Positions 58,188 through 64,000 of a stretch of 64,000 bases of DNA are shown piece by piece. The DNA is from an uncultured Dehalococcoidia bacterium. GTDB lineage: Bacteria > Chloroflexota > Dehalococcoidia > Lucifugimonadales > Australimonadaceae. Under the pieces are notes generated by a model that ran no database searches, was not told where the DNA came from, and saw only the letters and a list, made by a program, of their open reading frames with translations. Within the stretch, counting starts at the first letter, position 1; each line of letters opens with the position of its first letter. The DNA is taken from positions 485,763-549,762 of the forward strand of contig OY282355.1 of assembly GCA_958295525.1 (NCBI GenBank). Reading direction: 5' to 3'. The position numbers and the translations under genes were made by a program.

Positions 58188-60071
58188 ATGGCTGCGAACA
58201 TAGGCATCCTCCGGCGGCCGGTCTCAACGGCGGGCGTATGGGGCTGGATAACCACCGTCGACCACAAGCGGATCGGCATCCTCTACGGCGTCACTGCGTT
58301 CGTCTTCTTCCTGATCGGCGGGATCGAGGCGCTGCTGATGCGCGTCCAACTCGCCCAGCCCGACAGCGAGTTCGTGGACGCGGGCACGTTCAACGCCCTC
58401 TTCACGATGCACGGCACGACGATGGTCTTTATGGTCGTGATGCCCGCAGGGGCGGCGTTCTTCAACTTCCTCGTTCCCCTGATGATCGGCGCGCGCGACG
58501 TCGCCTTCCCCCGCCTCAACGCCCTCAGCTACTGGCTCTTCCTCTTCGGCGCCATCCTGATGAACTTCTCGTTCTTCAAGGCCGCCTTCCCCGATGTGGG
58601 CTGGTTCGGCTACGCGCCGCTCACGACTACCCCCTACACGCTCTCCAGCAGCACGGACTACTGGGTGCTGGGGCTGCAGGTGATGGGCATCGGCACCACC
58701 GCGGCGGGCTTCAACTTCGTCATCACCATCCTCAACTTGCGCGCGCCGGGCATGACGCTGATGCGGATGCCGCTGTTCACGTGGATGACGCTCATCGTCT
58801 CCTTCCTCATCATCTTCGCGTTCCCCCCGCTCACGATCGCCCTGACGCTGCTGCTGTTCGACCGCTTCTTCGGAACGAACTTCTTCGACACCGTGGGCGC
58901 GGGCGCCGACCCGCTCCTGTGGCAGCACCTCTTCTGGATATTCGGGCACCCTGAGGTGTACATCCTCATTCTGCCCGCGATGGGCATCGTGTCCGACATC
59001 CTGCCGACGTTCTCGCGCAAGCCGCTCTTCGGCTACACGACGGTCGTGTTCGCGGGCGCGGTCATCGCGTTCCTCGGCTTCGGCGTCTGGGCGCACCATA
59101 TGTTCACCACCGGACTGGGCGCCTGGGCGACCGCCGCCTTCGCGGGCGCGACGATGGCCATCGGCGTGCCGACGGGCGTCAAGATATTCAACTGGCTCGC
59201 CACGCTCTGGGGCGGAAGCCTGCAGTTCAAGACGCCGCTCCTCTTCGCGCTCGGCTTCATCAGCATGTTTATGCTGGGCGGGCTCAGCGGCGTGATGCAT
59301 GCCGCCGTCCCCGTCGACACCCAGCAGCAAGACACCTACTTCATCGTCGCCCACTTCCACTACGTCCTCTTCGGCGGCAGCATCTTCGGCCTCACGGCGG
59401 GAATCTACTACTGGTTCCCCAAAATGACGGGCAGAATGCTGAGCGAGCGGCTCGGCAAGGTTCACTTCTGGGTGATGCTCATCGGCTTCAATATGGCCTT
59501 TATGCCGATGCACGTGCTGGGCGTGCTGGGAATGCCCCGCCGCATCTACACCTACTCCGCCGACCAAAACTGGGCGGGGCTGAACCTTTTCGTGAGCGTC
59601 GGCGCGTTCGTCATCGCCGTCTCCATCCTGCTCCTCATCATCAACGTGCTCCGCTCCGTCAGGAAGGGCGAGAAGGCGGGAATGAACCCCTGGGCCGCCT
59701 CGACGCTGGAGTGGGCGATTCCCTCGCCGCCTCCGCACTACAACTTCGCGGTCATCCCGACCGTCCGCAGCCTGCATCCGCTGTGGGACGAGGAGGCCAA
59801 CGCCGTGGAGCCCCCGCCGCTGCCCGCGCACGGCGAGCCCCATATGCCCAGCCCCTCCTACTGGCCCATCGTCGTCGCGTTCGGCGTTACGATGGTCTGC
59901 GGCGGGCTCCTGATCTGGCAAGCGAGCACGTGGCTCGGCCTCGCCGTCATCGCCGTCTCCGGCTTCATCGGTATGCGCGGCGTCTACGGCTGGGTGTTCG
60001 AGCCCGTCGCCGCCGAAGAGCACGCGGAACACGCCGAACACCCCGAGCGCGCCCCGGCGCACCACGCCTAG
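58188..60071 (+). CDS. ctaD: Cytochrome c oxidase subunit I (A1 type)
   Basis: DHKRIG, FGHPEVY, WAHHM, HFHY and GMPRR motifs. Confidence 0.97.
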   Translation: MAANIGILRRPVSTAGVWGWITTVDHKRIGILYGVTAFVFFLIGGIEALLMRVQLAQPDSEFVDAGTFNALFTMHGTTMVFMVVMPAGAAFFNFLVPLMIGARDVAFPRLNALSYWLFLFGAILMNFSFFKAAFPDVGWFGYAPLTTTPYTLSSSTDYWVLGLQVMGIGTTAAGFNFVITILNLRAPGMTLMRMPLFTWMTLIVSFLIIFAFPPLTIALTLLLFDRFFGTNFFDTVGAGADPLLWQHLFWIFGHPEVYILILPAMGIVSDILPTFSRKPLFGYTTVVFAGAVIAFLGFGVWAHHMFTTGLGAWATAAFAGATMAIGVPTGVKIFNWLATLWGGSLQFKTPLLFALGFISMFMLGGLSGVMHAAVPVDTQQQDTYFIVAHFHYVLFGGSIFGLTAGIYYWFPKMTGRMLSERLGKVHFWVMLIGFNMAFMPMHVLGVLGMPRRIYTYSADQNWAGLNLFVSVGAFVIAVSILLLIINVLRSVRKGEKAGMNPWAASTLEWAIPSPPPHYNFAVIPTVRSLHPLWDEEANAVEPPPLPAHGEPHMPSPSYWPIVVAFGVTMVCGGLLIWQASTWLGLAVIAVSGFIGMRGVYGWVFEPVAAEEHAEHAEHPERAPAHHA

Positions 60072-60104
60072 CGCGCGCCCTACGGAAGGAACTCGCCAAG
60101 CGGC

Positions 60105-60758
60105 ATGCAGTACGTAACCGGCATAGACGACCACCGCACCTCGACCGGGCTCGACAACCGGAAACTCCTTATGTGGGCGTTCCTGGGCTCCGACGTGATG
60201 TTCTTCGGCACGCTCATCGGCACGCACCTCATCTACCGCAACCGCTCCCTCTCCGGCCCGCAGGAGGAAATCCTCAGCATCCCCATCACGACGGTCAGCA
60301 CGTTCGTCCTCCTGATGAGCAGCCTGGCGATGGTGCTCGCGCTCGCGGCGATCCAGCGCGGCAATATGGGCGGCTTCCGCTTCTGGACGGTCGTCGTCGC
60401 CGTCTTCGGCTCCATCTTCATCGGCTTCCAAATGTTCGAATTCGCGGAGTTCGCCCACCTCGGCCTCACGCCCCGCACGAACCTCTTCGGCAGCACCTTC
60501 CTCGTAATGACCGGCTTCCACGGCGCGCACGTCACGGTCGGCATCCTCTGGATGTGGTCGCTCGTCTTCGCCTCGTTCAAGGGCAAGATTCACCAGGGCA
60601 ACGCGCTGCAAGTGGAGATCGCCGGCCTCTACTGGCACTTCGTGGACATCGTCTGGATCGTCATCTTCGGCGTCGTCTACCTCATCGGCGCCTACGGAGC
60701 GGAAAACCGCGCGCTGGAGAGCGTCGAGCACGCCGCGCGCGCGGCAAGCCTCATCTAA
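60105..60758 (+). CDS. ctaE: Cytochrome c oxidase subunit III
   Basis: TGFHGAHV and YWHFVDIVW motifs. Confidence 0.95.
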   Translation: MQYVTGIDDHRTSTGLDNRKLLMWAFLGSDVMFFGTLIGTHLIYRNRSLSGPQEEILSIPITTVSTFVLLMSSLAMVLALAAIQRGNMGGFRFWTVVVAVFGSIFIGFQMFEFAEFAHLGLTPRTNLFGSTFLVMTGFHGAHVTVGILWMWSLVFASFKGKIHQGNALQVEIAGLYWHFVDIVWIVIFGVVYLIGAYGAENRALESVEHAARAASLI

Positions 60759-60787
60759 CGCCTCGTCCAAAGGGAGAACGCACCGCT

Positions 60788-61096
60788 ATGGCCGCCGAGA
60801 GCGCGCATCACGAAGAGCACAACCACCCCGGGCCGCGGCAATACATCGTCATCGGGGCGATCCTCGCCGGCCTCACGCTGATCGAGTTCGGCGTGTTCTA
60901 CCTCCAACTCGACCCCGCCCTGATGACCTGGATCATCCTCGTCCTCTCCACCTCCAAGTTCATGCTCGTCGTCGGCTACTTTATGCACCTCAAGTTCGAC
61001 GACCTCCGCTTCTCCGCGCTGTTCTTCTCGCCGTTCGTGATAATGATCACCATCGCCGCCGTGCTGATGGCGCTCTTCTTCAACCTCACGCGCTAG
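60788..61096 (+). CDS. ctaF: Cytochrome c oxidase subunit IV
   Basis: KF.LVVGYFMHLKFD motif; RBS GGGAG. Confidence 0.85.
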   Translation: MAAESAHHEEHNHPGPRQYIVIGAILAGLTLIEFGVFYLQLDPALMTWIILVLSTSKFMLVVGYFMHLKFDDLRFSALFFSPFVIMITIAAVLMALFFNLTR

Positions 61097-61138
61097 GCGG
61101 AGCGCTGCGATGAATCCCTCCGGCCGCGGCGCCGCAGC

Positions 61139-61975
61139 GTGACCGGCTCGCTCTGGCTCGCATGGAGCGCCGACCCCACCGTCCTCATCGGCGTCCCGCT
61201 CGCCGCCGTTCTCTACGCGCGCGGGCTCCGCAGTTTGGAGCGGCGGCGCATCCACGGCAAACCCCGAGCCGTCGCGTTCTACCTCGGCCTCACCGCAATG
61301 TTCATCGCGCTCGCCAGCCCGCTGGACGCGCTCGCCGGCGAACTCTTCGCCGCGCATATGGCGCAGCATATGCTCCTGATGTTCTTCGCCGTGCCCGCCA
61401 TTCAGATCGGCGCGCCGGTGATTCCGATGACGCGGGGCGTCCCCCGGCCCATCCGCAAGCGCTTCCTCATCCCGTTCCTCAAGTCCGCGCCCGTCCGAGC
61501 GGCGCTCCGCAACCTCTTCCGCCCGCTGATCGCCTGGCCGCTGTTCATCGGAATGCTGCTGGGCTGGCACGTTCCCGCCGCCTACGAGGCCGCCCTCCGC
61601 AACGAGACGATCCACGTCATCGAGCACGCCGCCTTCATATTCGGCGCCTACCTCTGGTGGTGGAACGTCATAGACCCCGCTCCGCTGCGCGCCGGCCTCT
61701 CCTACCTTGCCCGCGTGCCGTTCGTGTTCATCACCATCGTTCCCAACTTCGCGCTCGGCGCGTTCCTCACGTTCGCGCCCAGCGCCTGGTATCCCTCCTA
61801 CGAGGCGACCGCCCCGCTGTACGGCCTCACCGCGCTTGAGGATCAGGAGATCGGCGGCGTGATTATGTGGGTGCCGGGGTCGTTCGTCGTGGCCGCCGCG
61901 CTGCTGCTCGCGCTGTACTACGCCGTGCGCGGCGAGCAGCAAGCGCAACTCGCCCGCGAGCGCGCGGAAGGGTAG
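61139..61975 (+). CDS. ctaG: Cytochrome c oxidase assembly factor (caa3 CtaG)
   Basis: SPLD, AHMAQH, WHVP and DQEIGGVIMWVPG motifs. Confidence 0.85.
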   Translation: MTGSLWLAWSADPTVLIGVPLAAVLYARGLRSLERRRIHGKPRAVAFYLGLTAMFIALASPLDALAGELFAAHMAQHMLLMFFAVPAIQIGAPVIPMTRGVPRPIRKRFLIPFLKSAPVRAALRNLFRPLIAWPLFIGMLLGWHVPAAYEAALRNETIHVIEHAAFIFGAYLWWWNVIDPAPLRAGLSYLARVPFVFITIVPNFALGAFLTFAPSAWYPSYEATAPLYGLTALEDQEIGGVIMWVPGSFVVAAALLLALYYAVRGEQQAQLARERAEG

Positions 61976-62116
61976 GGAACGCGCGCAACAGCGCCTCGGT
62001 CAGCCTTTTGGCGGGGCGGGAGGCGCGGGCGCGTCCGAAGGCTGGCCTCGTCTATAATCCCTGCCCGGAGCCGCCGGCGCTCACGCGGAAGCGCAAGCCG
62101 CCGACTCCGCCCCCCC

Positions 62117-63376
62117 TCATGCCCCCGGGTCCATCTTCGGAATAAGGTCGGCGCGCCAGTCCGCCCCGGGCGGGAGCGTCGTCTCGGCGGCGCGCAGACC
62201 GTAATACGTCGGCGCGACGCCCGGCGGATCGCCGCCGTCCTGCACGGCGCGGACCGCTTCCTCCAGCAGTTTGCGCGCCGCGATGATCGCCCGGTCCGCC
62301 GGGCCCAAATGCTCCCTCGTCCGATCGACGATCGGGCCCATCATCTCTTGCGCCGCCCGGTCTTGCGTATTGATCCCCACGATGCCCGTGAACGTCTCCG
62401 TGCGCTGCGCCTCCCGGTCGATCATCCAGTTGTTGGAGCGGTTGCGGACGGAGCGGAAGCCGTTCTCGACGTCCACGTCCGCGCCGAACACGTTGCCCGT
62501 CTCCTCCGGCCCGGCCTCGCCCTTGCCCAGCGGAACCGCGTCGTCGTAGTACCAGTTCCACACGAGGCAACGGCGGTCGTCTATCGGCGTCCAATGGTGG
62601 CCGTGCGTCCGATTTTGGACGCCGCGTCCGGCGGGGCGCAACTGCGTCCACGGCATCACGAAGTGATAGCCGCGCACGTACTGCTCGCCGCTTCCGAGCG
62701 AGCGAGCGCCGAAGTAGCGGTAGCCGTAGTCCGTAACGTCCACCTCCAGCGTGGGCGCGGAGCCTTGCACGAAAGCGTCGGACACGGGAATGCCCGGCTG
62801 CGAGGCGTTCGGACGCAGCATGCGGTGCATAATCGGCGCGTGGGAGGTGTCTATTCCGCCCTCCAGCGCCTGCAGCCAGTTGCACTCCTCCACGACCTTC
62901 GTAACGACGCGATGGGCCTCGGGAACGCGCGTCCACGCGAAGTCGGGCGGCGGGGGCTGCTTCTCCGGCGGGCCCATATACACCCACAGAACGCCGCCCG
63001 CCTCGGCGACCGGATAGGACGTTGTCCGAATCTTGGCGGCGAACGGGCGCGGCTCGTTCATCTGATCCACGCACTGCCCGGTCACGTCGAACTTCCAGCC
63101 GTGGTAGACGCAGCGCAGGCCGTTCTCCTCGTTGCGCCCCAGCCACAGCGAAGTGAGGCGGTGCGGGCAGCGCTCGTCGAGCGCGCCGACGCGCCCGCTC
63201 GTGTCGCGGAACGCGACCAGATCCTCGCCGAGGAGCCGCAGGCGCAGAGGCGCGCAATCCGGCGCGGGCAGTTCCCAGTCCAGCAGCGCCGGAATCCAAT
63301 AGCGGCGCAGCGTCTCGCCCATCGGCGTTCCCGGGCCCACCCGCGTAAGAAGTTCGTTCTGCTCCTGCGTCAGCAT
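62117..63376 (-). CDS. Rieske aromatic oxygenase (phthalate 4,5-dioxygenase-like)
   Basis: CPH..CVYHGWKFD, EGGIDTSH..MH, QD and EHLG motifs. Confidence 0.88.
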   Translation of the reverse strand: MLTQEQNELLTRVGPGTPMGETLRRYWIPALLDWELPAPDCAPLRLRLLGEDLVAFRDTSGRVGALDERCPHRLTSLWLGRNEENGLRCVYHGWKFDVTGQCVDQMNEPRPFAAKIRTTSYPVAEAGGVLWVYMGPPEKQPPPPDFAWTRVPEAHRVVTKVVEECNWLQALEGGIDTSHAPIMHRMLRPNASQPGIPVSDAFVQGSAPTLEVDVTDYGYRYFGARSLGSGEQYVRGYHFVMPWTQLRPAGRGVQNRTHGHHWTPIDDRRCLVWNWYYDDAVPLGKGEAGPEETGNVFGADVDVENGFRSVRNRSNNWMIDREAQRTETFTGIVGINTQDRAAQEMMGPIVDRTREHLGPADRAIIAARKLLEEAVRAVQDGGDPPGVAPTYYGLRAAETTLPPGADWRADLIPKMDPGA

Positions 63377-63440
63377 CGCCGCGCCTCCCTTCCTCCGGAG
63401 ATACTAACCTATTCTAGGAGACGGCGCAGGAGCATGCACG

Positions 63441-64000
63441 TCAGCGCGGCTTGCGGGCGAGGAGGACGAGCGCGCCGCCGACGGCGCTGAGTGCGGCGCT
63501 GATGGTGAAAATGAGGGCGTAACTGCCGGTGAGGTCGAACGACCAGGCCGCCGTGAGCGGGCCGAGCGAGTTGCTGAGCATATGAACGGGAGAGACCATT
63601 CCGCGTATGCCGCCGACGGCGTCGCGCCCGAAGTAGTCGGCCCAGACGACGTTCATCACGGTGAAGAGAATGCCGGTGGCGGTTCCGAAGACGATGCCGA
63701 ATACGTAAGAGAGGAGAGCGTCGTCGGCGAAGAGGAAGAGGGCGATGCTGACGCCCATCAGGTAATAACTCGCGGCCATCAGACGTTGGACGGGAACGCG
63801 CTCGGCGGCGAATCCGGCGGCGATGGAGACGGGCATCGAGATCAGCGGCGAGAGCGAGACGGATATGACGGCGACGACGCTGGAGACGCCCGCGTCGGTG
63901 AGGTAAGAGAACCAGTGGAAGTGGATGCTGGTGGTTACGAAACTTTGGATGCTGACCGCGGCGGTGATGAGATAGAAGGCCGGAGCGCGCAGGGCGGCGC
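63441..64000 (-). CDS. MFS transporter (5' end outside the window)
   Basis: ADYFGR..GGIRG and FDLTGSY motifs; frame continues to the window edge. Confidence 0.75.
   Translation of the reverse strand, partial: AALRAPAFYLITAAVSIQSFVTTSIHFHWFSYLTDAGVSSVVAVISVSLSPLISMPVSIAAGFAAERVPVQRLMAASYYLMGVSIALFLFADDALLSYVFGIVFGTATGILFTVMNVVWADYFGRDAVGGIRGMVSPVHMLSNSLGPLTAAWSFDLTGSYALIFTISAALSAVGGALVLLARKPR

Overview
High-GC bacterial chromosomal window. The gene content (Pro/Thr-linker lipoproteins, TctABC, paralogous Rieske oxygenases and bicupins, caa3-type oxidase, many leaderless genes) suggests Chloroflexota, possibly Dehalococcoidia/SAR202-like and host (e.g. sponge) associated; this is inference. 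Housekeeping and metabolic genes include acetoacetate-CoA ligase, treT/ROK kinase, ccmABCD, an orphan atpC, coaD/rsmD, a PEPCK-like gene, uvrC, a metal ABC transporter, aroE and ctaCDEFG. They are interspersed with accessory surface-protein loci. The main candidate novel system is a tandem, mosaic four-gene array (10016-19802) of stalked lipoproteins built from FN3, PQQ-type sugar-dehydrogenase propeller and cytochrome c modules. Each copy has a different domain set and the array has three active-site-loop variants; it sits next to ccm genes. Other points of interest: a probable pseudo-TreT coupled to TreT, a head-to-head RCC1-repeat lipoprotein pair with a 47-bp perfect inverted repeat, strand-biased CGTC/dRS3-like palindromic repeats with a covarying composite element, two candidate structured RNAs and a probable CTG start in rsmD. 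No rRNA, tRNA, CRISPR-cas or transposase was recognised.
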